Below are positions 46,062 through 55,181 of a stretch of DNA of 64,000 nucleotides, one piece after another. Both the position numbers and the translations under genes were made by a program. This DNA comes from Actinomycetes bacterium (GTDB lineage Bacteria; Actinomycetota; Acidimicrobiia; Acidimicrobiales; Bog-793): contig JAKABW010000003.1 in assembly GCA_021796535.1 (NCBI GenBank), forward strand, positions 53,029 to 117,028. Reading direction: 5' to 3'. Under the pieces are notes generated by a model. It had not been told where the DNA came from. It saw nothing but the letters and a program-made list of their open reading frames with translations, and made no database searches. Every line of letters begins with the position of its first letter. Position 1 is the stretch's first letter.

Positions 46062-47558
46062 ATGATTTTGGCGGGTGCTTTTCATCCATCAGACCTTGCC
46101 ATACTGGCCGTTATTGTAGTTTTACTGGCCTTTTCGGGAATTCTGGCCTTGGCCGAAACAAGTCTTGTCAGAACCTCAAAAGCCAGAGCCAGATCACTTT
46201 ACGAACTAAAAAAACGCGGCAGCAAGTCTTTATACAAACTGGCCGAAAATCCGGAAAGATTTCTCTCTCCCATCCTTCTGCTCGTCCTCATCTGTCAATT
46301 GGTATCTGCCACGCTTCTGGGCATCATAGCCGAAAACATCTTCGGAGCCTTCGGGGTCATCCTGGCCACCGTCATAGAGATAATATTTGTCTTCATCTTA
46401 GCCGAAGCCATTCCCAAGCACTGGGCCGTGCGCCATCCGGACAAAGCAGCCCTCTTTGCCTCCCCCATTATCACCGCAATTATTAATTTCCTCCCAGTCA
46501 GACTGATTTCGGGCGGCCTGATAGGACTGGCCAACGCACTGACCAAAGAAATTGACCGCGACGAAGCAGAGCCTGACGTCACGGAATCGGAACTGCTGGC
46601 TTTGGCTGATGTCGCTTTGGAAGAAGAGGTCATCGAAGTTCAGGAAAGAGAACTGATTTCTTCCATCATTGAATTCGGCGACACCATCGCCCGCGAAGTT
46701 ATGGTACCGAGACCCGACGTCGTGGCTGCGGAACAAAACCAGACCGTCAGCGAAGTACTGGAAATAGCCATGGGTGCAGGGCTCAGCCGCATTCCGATTT
46801 ATGACATCAACATTGATAATATTATCGGGATAGCTTATACCAAAGATTTAATTAAACTCTTGAGAGAAAGCAAAGACAGCCTGAAAATAGCCGAATTCGT
46901 CAGAAACGCCAAATACGTTCCGGAAACAAAAAAAGTGGCATCTTTGCTGAAAGAAATGCAGACCACACAGACACACCTGGCGGTGGTCATCGACGAATAC
47001 GGGGGGACATCCGGCATAGTCACATTAGAAGACCTGATCGAAGAACTCGTGGGAGACATAGCCGACGAATTTGACACCGATGAGCCGGCGGTGGAACCTC
47101 TCGGTAACGGGGGCTTCAGAGTACCCGGCAAGATGGCCGTGGACGAAGTAAACGAGTTGCTCCAGACAACTTTGCCCGTAACAGATTCCGATACCATAGC
47201 CGGCCTCTTCCTCCATATCAGAGGGCAAATACCGCGGGAAGGGGAAAGTATAGCCGTGGACAGCTATCTTCTGACCGCTGAAAAAGTACAGAGACGGCGC
47301 ATCAGCAAAATCCGCATTACCGGCTCGGCGGGAGAACCCGGCAAAACAATGCCCATGATAAATCAAAAATACGCGTCTCCGGAAAATTCCGGCGGCGGAG
47401 AAAGTAGCCTTAACGGAAACGTAACTGCATATATCCCGGATGACATTTATGCTCAAGGCAACCATAAAAGTATTGCCCATGAATTGCCGGGCAACGAAAA
47501 AATTACTCAAGACGGAAAAAAGAAGCAAAGTGCCGCTGAAAAGCCCAGGCAGACTTGA
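46062..47558 (+). CDS. CNNM/DUF21-CBS-CorC_HlyC hemolysin-family membrane protein
   Basis: N-terminal 4-TM DUF21 region, a CBS pair (REVMVPRPDV...; IPIYD...IIGIAY.KDL), and a CorC_HlyC-like C-terminus, plus a roughly 90-aa low-complexity tail. I chose the ATG at 46062. The ORF track starts at 46032. Confidence 0.85.
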   Translation: MILAGAFHPSDLAILAVIVVLLAFSGILALAETSLVRTSKARARSLYELKKRGSKSLYKLAENPERFLSPILLLVLICQLVSATLLGIIAENIFGAFGVILATVIEIIFVFILAEAIPKHWAVRHPDKAALFASPIITAIINFLPVRLISGGLIGLANALTKEIDRDEAEPDVTESELLALADVALEEEVIEVQERELISSIIEFGDTIAREVMVPRPDVVAAEQNQTVSEVLEIAMGAGLSRIPIYDINIDNIIGIAYTKDLIKLLRESKDSLKIAEFVRNAKYVPETKKVASLLKEMQTTQTHLAVVIDEYGGTSGIVTLEDLIEELVGDIADEFDTDEPAVEPLGNGGFRVPGKMAVDEVNELLQTTLPVTDSDTIAGLFLHIRGQIPREGESIAVDSYLLTAEKVQRRRISKIRITGSAGEPGKTMPMINQKYASPENSGGGESSLNGNVTAYIPDDIYAQGNHKSIAHELPGNEKITQDGKKKQSAAEKPRQT

Positions 47559-47579
47559 TAGACAGGCAAAAGGACGGGA

Positions 47580-48518
47580 ATGGGACGCTTAAAAGATATT
47601 GCCAAAACTGAATCCGCCGAAAACCGGGAAACCGCTTTGGCGGGCATTCCGCAACGAGACGAAGATTTCCGCTCAGGTTTCATTACACTTATCGGCAGGC
47701 CGAATGTCGGCAAATCGTCTCTCCTAAACAGGATCATAGGAGAAAAAATCTCCATAACGGCCAAAAGTCCCAATACAACGAGGTCCGCCGTCAGAGGAAT
47801 TTTGGAACGCCCCGGAAAGCAGGCTATTTTTGTGGATACTCCGGGAATTCATAAACCGCGCTCCCCCCTCGGTACAAGACTCAACTCCTCGGCTTACGAA
47901 GCCGTGGCGGACGTGGACATCACAGTATTGGTGCTCGATGCCTCCAAAGAAATCGGAAAAGGAGACCGTTACATAGCAAACGGCATGTCCAAAGGGAACA
48001 TCCCGATAATCTGCCTCAACAAAATTGACCTCGCCGACGACAGAACCGTCATGCGCCAACTGCAATTCGCCAGCGAAAACCTCGGAATGCCCGATGCCGA
48101 ATACTTTGCCGTATCAGCCCAAACCGGAGCCGGTATCAAAAACCTTACCGAATATATACTGAACAGTCTTCCGTCGGGCCCTCAATACTTTCCATCGGGC
48201 ACGACAAGTGACACCGACGAAACAGTCTTTATAGCGGAATTGGTACGGGAACAACTCCTCAGGTTCGTAAAAGAAGAGTTGCCGCACTCCATTGCCTGCA
48301 AGGTAACGGAAATAAACTGGCCTTACATCAGGTGTGAAATATTGGTGGAACGTGACTCTCAAAAGGCAATGGTCATCTCAAAAAACGGCCACTTGTTGAA
48401 ACAGATAGGGATCAACGTTCGAAGACAACTGCCGCCGGGGACCTATCTGGATTTAATTGTCAAAGTGGAAAAAAACTGGCAAAAACGCACCGATATCATA
48501 GAAAGACTCGGCTACTGA
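47580..48518 (+). CDS. era: GTPase Era
   Basis: 312-aa ORF. G1 GRPNVGKSSLLN, G3 DTPG, G4 NKID, and a KH domain at the C-terminus. Confidence 0.95.
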   Translation: MGRLKDIAKTESAENRETALAGIPQRDEDFRSGFITLIGRPNVGKSSLLNRIIGEKISITAKSPNTTRSAVRGILERPGKQAIFVDTPGIHKPRSPLGTRLNSSAYEAVADVDITVLVLDASKEIGKGDRYIANGMSKGNIPIICLNKIDLADDRTVMRQLQFASENLGMPDAEYFAVSAQTGAGIKNLTEYILNSLPSGPQYFPSGTTSDTDETVFIAELVREQLLRFVKEELPHSIACKVTEINWPYIRCEILVERDSQKAMVISKNGHLLKQIGINVRRQLPPGTYLDLIVKVEKNWQKRTDIIERLGY

Positions 48519-48792
48519 CCCGCCGACCGAGTCTTTTACCACAAAATATGACTATATGATGCGAAATATATCTGTATATTTTATTCTGCCTATACTTTTA
48601 AAGTATATATTATTTTTTTTCCATAAAACTCCTTGTGTATGTCAATAAAAACTTTGCATTGATTCAAAATTGTCTTTACCGGGACTGAAAATCCCTCTTA
48701 TGACTTTTTACCCTAGTTAAAGACAATATGGGCAGTACAAACTAATTAGATAGTAAAGACAACCGCTAGTTCAATGAGGAGCCGGGAGAGTT

Positions 48793-51546
48793 ATGAAAGA
48801 TCAGCAAAAGCAGAACGAAGATAAATTGCACATACAAAACAGGTATCCGGATAACTGGGAGATCTACGGACTACTGAATACCGGCGAACCCATCTATATC
48901 AGACCTGTCAAAAAAGATGACGCGGCTGTGTTGGGCGTATTGGCAGACACTTTTTCTTCTTCAAACAGCTATGCCTCACATTTTGATGTCGCAACTTTGA
49001 TCCCCAAGGGCGAAGGCGGAAGCCTGAAAATAGACTACAGAAACTTTATGGCTTTTATAGCCCTGCGGGATGCCCAGCCCCTTGGTGTGGCCAAGTTTGT
49101 CTTATCTGAAGATAACCTGGCCGAAATAGCTTTCGTGGTGGTGCGGGACTACCAAAGAAAGGGGGTGGCAACTCTTTTGCTGGAGAGCCTCTCCGGTTAT
49201 GCCAGAGAGCAGGGCGTCAGATACTTTACGGCCAACATCGAAGACGGCGAAAACCCGATCGTTGGGGTACTAAAAGAATCCGGCTTGACTTACACGGAAA
49301 AGCCCCTTTCCCAAGGCGTAAAGATTACCCTCGACTTGGACCCCACCGATGTATTCCTCGACAAGAGAGACGAGAGGGAGCGCCTGGCGGAAGCGGCATC
49401 CATGGCTCACATATTGAGCCCGAAATCCGTGGCCGTTGTGGGGGCGGGCAGAAAACCGGGAGGAGTGGGGCACGAAATTGTCAGAAAAATTCTTTCGCAA
49501 GACTTTACGGGAACCCTCTACCCCATCAACCCGAATGCCAGATCGGTCTGCGGAGTCCCGGCATTTGCCACCCTCGCCGAAGTACCGGAGCATATTGACG
49601 TGGCCATCGTGGCCGTACAAGCCAAAAATGTTTTGTCGGTGGTTGAAGACGCCGCCAAGGCAAAAGTGGACTCTCTCGTTATCGTCTCCTCAGGCTTCGG
49701 GGAACTGGGAGAACAGGGCGCTTGGATGCAAAGCGAATTGATGAAAACTGCGCGCCAACACGGCATAAGAATTGTGGGGCCCAACTGCCTGGGTGTCTCC
49801 AACACTTCCCCCGACGTACGCCTGGATGCCAATTTTGGTCCCATGCCGGCAGAAAAGGGACCGATAGCTTTGGCATCCCAATCTGGAGCCGTGGGCGTCG
49901 TGTTGCTTGACCAAACACGCTCGGCCGGACTCGGCATATCAGGCTTTGTATCGATGGGAAACAAAATAGACGTCAGCAGCAACGACCTTCTTTGCTACTG
50001 GGAAAACGATCCGAATACAAAAGTGGTGGCGCTCTATCTGGAGTCCTTCGGCAACCCGATCAAATTCTCCCGTATTGCAAAAAGAGTCGGAAAGAAAAAA
50101 CCCATAGTCGTCCTCAAAGGAGGCAAAAGCAAGGCGGGTGCCAGAGGGGCCATGTCGCATACGGCTTCGGCCACCACAAAAGAAATCACCATCAAAACTC
50201 TTCTCGCTTCCTCCGGGGTCATCGAAGTGGGAACCCTGGAAGAACTTATTGACGTAGTCGGGGTAGCTGCCTTGGCAAAACTGCCTGCCGGCAGAAGCGT
50301 TGCCCTGGTCGGCAACTCCGGAGGACCCCTTATTCTGGCCGCGGATGCCTGCTCACAATCCGGACTTGAAGTACCGGAATTGGATCCAAGTCTTCAGGAA
50401 CGCTTGCTCGGTTTCCTTCCTCCGGCAAGCGCCGCGGCCAACCCCATAGACATAACCGCCGACGGTAATCCGGATACCCTGGAAAGAGTTTTGCGGGAAC
50501 TGACGGCAGAACCCGAAGTGGGCAGCATCCTCGTCGTCGCCACATCTCTCATCGCTCTCTCGCTGGATCAGGCCACCGAGGTGATCAACCGGGTTCTCAA
50601 AGATACGGACAAGGCCATCGCTGCCTGCTTCTTGGGCGGAAAGCCCTCTGCCCTCAGCGCAAAAACAGAGAAGGACAGAATCGGACAGCTGCCCGAATTT
50701 CCGATTCTTCCCTCGCCGGAAAGGGCCGCCGGCGCACTCGCCAAATTGTTGTCTTACGCCATGTTCAAAAAAAAGGAAACCGACTACAACTATCACCCCG
50801 GCAGCGAAAAAATCTACGCCGCAAAAAGCATTGTCGCCGGCAGCCTGGGAGAAGACATTCAGGAAACCTGGTTGGACGCGAAAACGGCACACCGCCTCCT
50901 CTCTTACTTTGACATCCCTCTGGTGGAGGAATACACCGCCGAAACGGCAGAAGAGCTGACAACTTTGGCCGCGGGACTCACTTTCCCGGTGGTCCTGAAA
51001 GCAGGAGGCGGTTCCATCATTCACAAGAGCGATGTGGGCGGCGTGGTTCTCAACATCGGCGACGGAGAAGAATTGGTTAAGGCCTTTCGGGAAATGTATA
51101 AAAAGCTGGGGAGTGCCATATTACCTGTCACGGTGCAGACTATGGTAAAGCAGGGAACAGAGACGATAGTCGGACTGAACAACGACCTCCATTTCGGCCC
51201 CACCGTCATGTTCGGCATGGGCGGCGTGATGACCGATCTTTTACAGGACAGAGCTTTTGCCGTTCCCCCTCTCAGCAAAGACGACATCGACCAATTGATC
51301 TCTTCGATCAAAAGCGCGCCGCTCCTTTACGGCTACCGGGGATCCGATCCCGTCGACGTCAAATCCCTGAACCGTGTGATCGGGGGTATCGCCACTCTTT
51401 CTCTGGTTTTGCCGGAAGTGGCAGAGATTGACCTCAACCCGGTGATAGTTTCTCCGGGCGGAGCGATTGCAGTCGACATCAAAGTAAAAGTACGGCGGAT
51501 TCCGGGCGGACCGGACTCACTGATGAGAAAACTCAAGTCTTTTTGA
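48793..51546 (+). CDS. Pat-type protein acetyltransferase: N-terminal GNAT fused to NDP-forming acyl-CoA synthetase-like domains
   Basis: 917-aa ORF. GNAT core VVVRDYQRKGVATLLLESL, a CoA-binding domain (VAVVGAGRKPGGVGHEI), a ligase-CoA domain, and an ATP-grasp domain (FPVVLKAGGGSIIHKSDVGGVVLN). GNAT-first order is the arrangement reported for actinobacterial PatA. Confidence 0.8.
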   Translation: MKDQQKQNEDKLHIQNRYPDNWEIYGLLNTGEPIYIRPVKKDDAAVLGVLADTFSSSNSYASHFDVATLIPKGEGGSLKIDYRNFMAFIALRDAQPLGVAKFVLSEDNLAEIAFVVVRDYQRKGVATLLLESLSGYAREQGVRYFTANIEDGENPIVGVLKESGLTYTEKPLSQGVKITLDLDPTDVFLDKRDERERLAEAASMAHILSPKSVAVVGAGRKPGGVGHEIVRKILSQDFTGTLYPINPNARSVCGVPAFATLAEVPEHIDVAIVAVQAKNVLSVVEDAAKAKVDSLVIVSSGFGELGEQGAWMQSELMKTARQHGIRIVGPNCLGVSNTSPDVRLDANFGPMPAEKGPIALASQSGAVGVVLLDQTRSAGLGISGFVSMGNKIDVSSNDLLCYWENDPNTKVVALYLESFGNPIKFSRIAKRVGKKKPIVVLKGGKSKAGARGAMSHTASATTKEITIKTLLASSGVIEVGTLEELIDVVGVAALAKLPAGRSVALVGNSGGPLILAADACSQSGLEVPELDPSLQERLLGFLPPASAAANPIDITADGNPDTLERVLRELTAEPEVGSILVVATSLIALSLDQATEVINRVLKDTDKAIAACFLGGKPSALSAKTEKDRIGQLPEFPILPSPERAAGALAKLLSYAMFKKKETDYNYHPGSEKIYAAKSIVAGSLGEDIQETWLDAKTAHRLLSYFDIPLVEEYTAETAEELTTLAAGLTFPVVLKAGGGSIIHKSDVGGVVLNIGDGEELVKAFREMYKKLGSAILPVTVQTMVKQGTETIVGLNNDLHFGPTVMFGMGGVMTDLLQDRAFAVPPLSKDDIDQLISSIKSAPLLYGYRGSDPVDVKSLNRVIGGIATLSLVLPEVAEIDLNPVIVSPGGAIAVDIKVKVRRIPGGPDSLMRKLKSF

Positions 51547-51581
51547 GCGGCAAAAGACCCTAAAGCCGTCCTGCTTTTGGT

Positions 51582-51635
51582 GCCGGGTCCGTAGCGGACA
51601 TCGCAAGATGTTTGTCACGGACCCGGCGTTATTTT
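51582..51635. terminator. hairpin terminator between convergent pat-type and MFS genes
   Basis: 11-bp perfect stem GCCGGGTCCGT (51582..51592) / ACGGACCCGGC (51617..51627), followed by GTTATTTT. Confidence 0.6.
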
Positions 51636-51724
51636 ATGACACAGACTGATAAAAATGTAGTCACACAAGCGCGTATTGAATACCGGCCCGCCGGATGTAC
51701 AGAAAAAATTATTCGCAGGGGAAT

Positions 51725-53194
51725 TTATTGCTTTCCCACCCCGGCCAAAGGCTTTTCTTCCGTCAGGTTGTCATGATCGGAAAAGACCGTCGTGTCCTCG
51801 TCTTCCCCGGAAAGTGATTCGAGAGCCCGCAACTTGGGTTCGGGAATACAGGCCAAAGTAAGGAAGATCCCGACAAAGGAGACGGCCGCCATAACTCCCA
51901 TGACGCCGCGCACCCCTATCCAGACAAGCATGTGCGGCACCATCAGCGCCCCCACAAAAGCTCCCAGTTTCCCCGCGCCGGCCGAGATGCCGTCCGCCGT
52001 TCCCCTTATTTTGGTCGGAAAAATCTCCGCCGGAAGCACAAAGGTGGTCATGTTGGGACCAAACTCCACAAAGAAATAACTCAGCGCATAAAGAACCAAA
52101 AAAGGCACGACGGCGGTGGAAACGCCTGGTATGGCCCAGATGGCGGCAAAAGCCAGAGCCATGGCCAAAAACCCTTGCCACTGAATTTTTCGCCTGCCCA
52201 GTCTGTCAAGCATAAATACGGCCAGCCAGTAACCGGGGAGGGCCGCGACGGCAAAAATAGCCAGCGCTATCAGCGTATGCGAAAGAAGAGAACCTTTCGG
52301 CTGAACCAGTTTCAGAATAAGGGGACTGGAGACGGAATTGCCGTAAAAAGCTATATCCATCAAGAACCAGGCTCCGGCCGTTCCCAGCAGCCGCACCAAA
52401 AACTTATGAGACAAAAGGCTGTAATTTTTTTCCGGCAGTTCTCTTGCCGGAAAAGCCTCTGCCGGCATGACGGGCACGGTGACCTGCTTGCCGGTCACCC
52501 ACTCCATTGATTTTGCGGCGGAGACAAGATCGCCTTTGCTGTAGGCAAATCTCGGGGTTTCTTTTATTTTCCGCCTGAGATAGATGACGGATGCCGCCGG
52601 TATGGCTCCCATGCCGAGCAGCAGTCTCCAGACGAGATCCGTGGGCACCGAAGTGGCCAAGAAAAGACTTGCCATCAACGGACCCACTATCAGACCCAGT
52701 CCCTGCATGGCAAATACTGTCCCTATGAGCTTCCCGCGGGATTTGGTGTTGGCATATTCGGAAGTTATGACAGCCGAGGTTGCATAATCTCCACCCACGC
52801 CGTAACCGACAAGCAGTCTGAAGACAAAAAGAGAGGTGAAGTTCCAGCTGAACGCCGACAGGACGGCACCCACAACCAAAATTAGCACTTCCAGGCCGTA
52901 CATTTTCTTGCGGCCAAGCTTGTCCATCAGTCTTCCAAAGGTAAGGGCGCCGAGAACTGATGCCAAAAGCGACGCCGAATTCAGCAGGGAAATCTGTCCC
53001 GTGTTCAAGTGGAAAATCGGAGTCAACAAGACGGTAACCGTGCCTATGATAAAGAGATCGTAAGCATCGGTAAAAAAACCCATTCCAGAGACTAAGACCG
53101 TGGTCCAGTGCTTTTTTGTGGTTTGGCTATTGTCCAGTTGGGCGTAAAAACTGCCGGAAGAAAGAGCGGAGCTGTCAGTCACATTATTTTCCAC
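51725..53194 (-). CDS. MFS transporter (phosphate/metabolite:H+ symporter-like)
   Basis: 489-aa ORF with a GTG start and about 12 TM segments. GFFTDAYDLFIIG is typical of the PHS/MHS subfamilies. Confidence 0.8.
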   Translation of the reverse strand: MENNVTDSSALSSGSFYAQLDNSQTTKKHWTTVLVSGMGFFTDAYDLFIIGTVTVLLTPIFHLNTGQISLLNSASLLASVLGALTFGRLMDKLGRKKMYGLEVLILVVGAVLSAFSWNFTSLFVFRLLVGYGVGGDYATSAVITSEYANTKSRGKLIGTVFAMQGLGLIVGPLMASLFLATSVPTDLVWRLLLGMGAIPAASVIYLRRKIKETPRFAYSKGDLVSAAKSMEWVTGKQVTVPVMPAEAFPARELPEKNYSLLSHKFLVRLLGTAGAWFLMDIAFYGNSVSSPLILKLVQPKGSLLSHTLIALAIFAVAALPGYWLAVFMLDRLGRRKIQWQGFLAMALAFAAIWAIPGVSTAVVPFLVLYALSYFFVEFGPNMTTFVLPAEIFPTKIRGTADGISAGAGKLGAFVGALMVPHMLVWIGVRGVMGVMAAVSFVGIFLTLACIPEPKLRALESLSGEDEDTTVFSDHDNLTEEKPLAGVGKQ

Positions 53195-53411
53195 GACGGA
53201 ACCCGTTGTATTTTCTCATAGATTAATTATCGCGAACATAAGTTTATTTTTAGAAAACTCTCGGTAGAGATAAAGTTACAAAAAGGTAAATTTTTCATCA
53301 CAACTCTGCTCCGGTTCGGACTGCTCACACCCCCCGAGTGAAAATATTTTTACTTTTCGGAAATAATTCCCTTTTGCCGAAACTATATTGTATATCGGCA
53401 ACAACACGCCT

Positions 53412-53483
53412 GCGGGTGTAGCTCAATGGTTAGAGTCCCAGCCTTCCAAGCTGGTTATGCGGGTTCGATTCCCGTCACCCGCT
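53412..53483 (+). tRNA. tRNA-Gly (anticodon UCC)
   Basis: Hand-folded 72 nt. Acceptor GCGGGTG/CACCCGC, D arm GCTC/GAGT, anticodon stem CCAGC/GCTGG with loop CTTCCAA, T arm GCGGG-TTCGATT-CCCGT, discriminator T. CCA is not encoded. Confidence 0.9.
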
Positions 53484-53738
53484 CCCGATGCCCGTATTCG
53501 AACTCGGGCACGTTGAAGATGCCGTCGAAGGGCGAACGGTACTCCTCGCGGCAGATCCGCCCGTCTTTCATGCCGAGCCGTTCGAACACCGCTGCGTTGA
53601 ACCGCTTGGGGTGCAGTCGGTGCCCTTGCGGTAGGCGTCTCCGCAACCGGTGGCGACGAGCTCCGGGGTCGCATCGTTCACCGGAACGCGAAATCCTCCG
53701 AGAAGGAGCGGTGCGTTATCGGCTCCCGAGCGTGACAT
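53484..53738 (-). pseudogene. truncated and frameshifted ORF remnant of unknown family, abutting the tRNA-Gly 3' end
   Basis: Reverse-strand ATG at 53738 gives MSRSGADNAPLLLGGFRVPVNDATPELVATGCGDAYRKG... The sensible reading then switches frame to HRLHPKRFNAAVFERLGMKDGRICREEYRSPFDGIFNVPEFEYGH and runs straight into the tRNA gene without a proper end. G+C is high, like the rest of the segment. Confidence 0.4.
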
Positions 53739-53770
53739 GGGGCTGATCGTAATCTAGGCGTTTTGACAAA

Positions 53771-53808
53771 GTCAACCTGGTTGTCTACTATTGGGCAACC
53801 AGGTTGAC
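53771..53808. promoter_or_regulatory. 13-bp perfect inverted repeat (12-nt spacer), operator-like, between divergent remnant genes
   Basis: GTCAACCTGGTTG-tctactattggg-CAACCAGGTTGAC. It lies 13 nt upstream of the hydrolase RBS AGGGAG. Confidence 0.55.
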
Positions 53809-53820
53809 GATTCAAGGGAG

Positions 53821-54713
53821 ATGGACATGACTGCAACAGTAGGGCAGGTCTCACTGGCCGGGGCTACGCACCATTACGCCAAGGTCAACGGGACTGAGTT
53901 GCACTACGTGGCGGCGGGCACTGCAGGAACTCCGGTTCTGCTGGTCCATGGGTTCCCCGAAACGTAGTGGACTTTCCACAAGCTCATCCCGCTGCTCGCC
54001 GACAGCCACCGTGTCTATGCACCGGATCTGCGCGGGTTCGGTGACTCTGACAACGGGCCGGGCGCCTACGACAGCAAGACCTCCGCCGAGGACCTGCACC
54101 TTCTGATCGAACAGCTCAACCTCGGCCCCGTGCACCTCACCGGCCAAGACATCAGCGGAGCGACTGTTTTGCGCCTCGCCGCTACGCACCCGAGGATGTG
54201 CTCAGCTTCACCGCCATCGAGATGGGTCTCCCCGGGTTTGGCCTTGAGAGGCTGGCCGACGTCACCCACGGAGGTATTTGGTATATCGGCGTTCTTGCCG
54301 CTACCGGGATCCCCGAGATGCTGCTCGCCGGTCGTGAGCGCGAGTTCCTCGGACAGTTCGCCTTTCCGGCCATGAGTGCCACCCCCGGAGCAATTATCGA
54401 CGCCGACATCGACGAGTTCGTTCGCACCTACTCCCGTCCCGACGGCTGGCGCGGGGCGATCGGGCTTTACCGGTCCATGCTCCAAGAAGGCGACGAGATC
54501 GCAACCCTTGTCGCCGGCCACAAGCTGAGCCTCCCGGTGCTGGCGATCGGGGCCGGAGGCGGCGACTTCACCTTCGCAACGATGCGCCAGGTCAGCTCTG
54601 ATCCAGTCCGGTCAGTGATGCTCGAAGGCGTCGGCCACTACGCAGCCCTGGAGGCACCCGACCGGGTGGCGCACGCTCTTCTCGACTTCTTCAGAATTGT
54701 TGACGGCTCCTGA
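53821..54713 (+). pseudogene. alpha/beta hydrolase (epoxide hydrolase/haloalkane dehalogenase-like, Asp nucleophile) inactivated by one nonsense codon and one frameshift
   Basis: ...ELHYVAAGTAGTPVLLVHGFPET-TAG(53965..53967)-WTFHKLIPLLADSHRVYAPDLRGFGDS...VHLTGQDISGA...ATHP. A -1 frameshift near 54191..54194 follows. The reading then continues as EDVLSFTAIEMG...SRPDGWRGAIGLYRS...PVLAIGAGGGDF...LEGVGHYAALEAPDRVAHALLDFF. Sample lines give 65-68% G+C. Confidence 0.75.
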
Positions 54714-55130
54714 ACGTCTGGATCCCTACCCGACCACCCAATCGAAGCGCCCAGACCGCAGCGCGCCAACGCCTCGCTCAGGGCAGCGCGTCCGGTCGGG
54801 GATCCTGCAACGGACACGCCGGACCCGTAGGCGAGCTGAGTCACGGCCGCATCCCTGCTATGTTGAGCGCACCCGGCGCCGAACCGCCTACCATCGCGAG
54901 CATGACTGACGCGGACGCAAAGTCAGTCCGGCACTTCGACCCCGGTCATTGCTGCGGTCACAGATGTCGAAGCAGCTCTCCGCCGAATACTGCTCTTTCA
55001 AAAACTTCTTTGCGCTCTTTTTGCGGGCGACGCCCACCCGACTCTCCGCAGCACCGCGTTGCCTTTCCCTCCAAAAGCCCGCCGCCCCGGATAAGTATTT
55101 TTGACGCCATGCGCAAACCGGTTTCCAGCC

Positions 55131-55167
55131 GCTATAGTTAATGCGAAGAGTTCGCATTAACTATAGC
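55131..55167. repeat. 37-nt perfect palindrome (17-bp arms, 3-nt centre) at the high-GC/native boundary
   Basis: GCTATAGTTAATGCGAA-gag-TTCGCATTAACTATAGC. It is AT-rich, lies 15 nt upstream of the APC permease ORF start, and has no adjacent T-run. Confidence 0.85.
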
Positions 55168-55181
55168 CAACGGAGAAAATT

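Noticed and set aside
53965-53967. In-frame TAG in the hydrolase, considered as possible recoding (pyrrolysine or read-through)
   Set aside because: The same gene also has a frameshift about 230 nt downstream, and its neighbours are also broken. Ordinary pseudogenisation is the simplest reading.
55035-55050. Weak resemblance (CACCCGACTCTCCGC) to the tRNA-Gly 3' end (CACCCGCTCCCG), considered as the distal att repeat of the high-GC segment
   Set aside because: It needs two indels over about 14 nt, which is not distinguishable from chance in GC-rich DNA. The island boundary therefore remains undefined.
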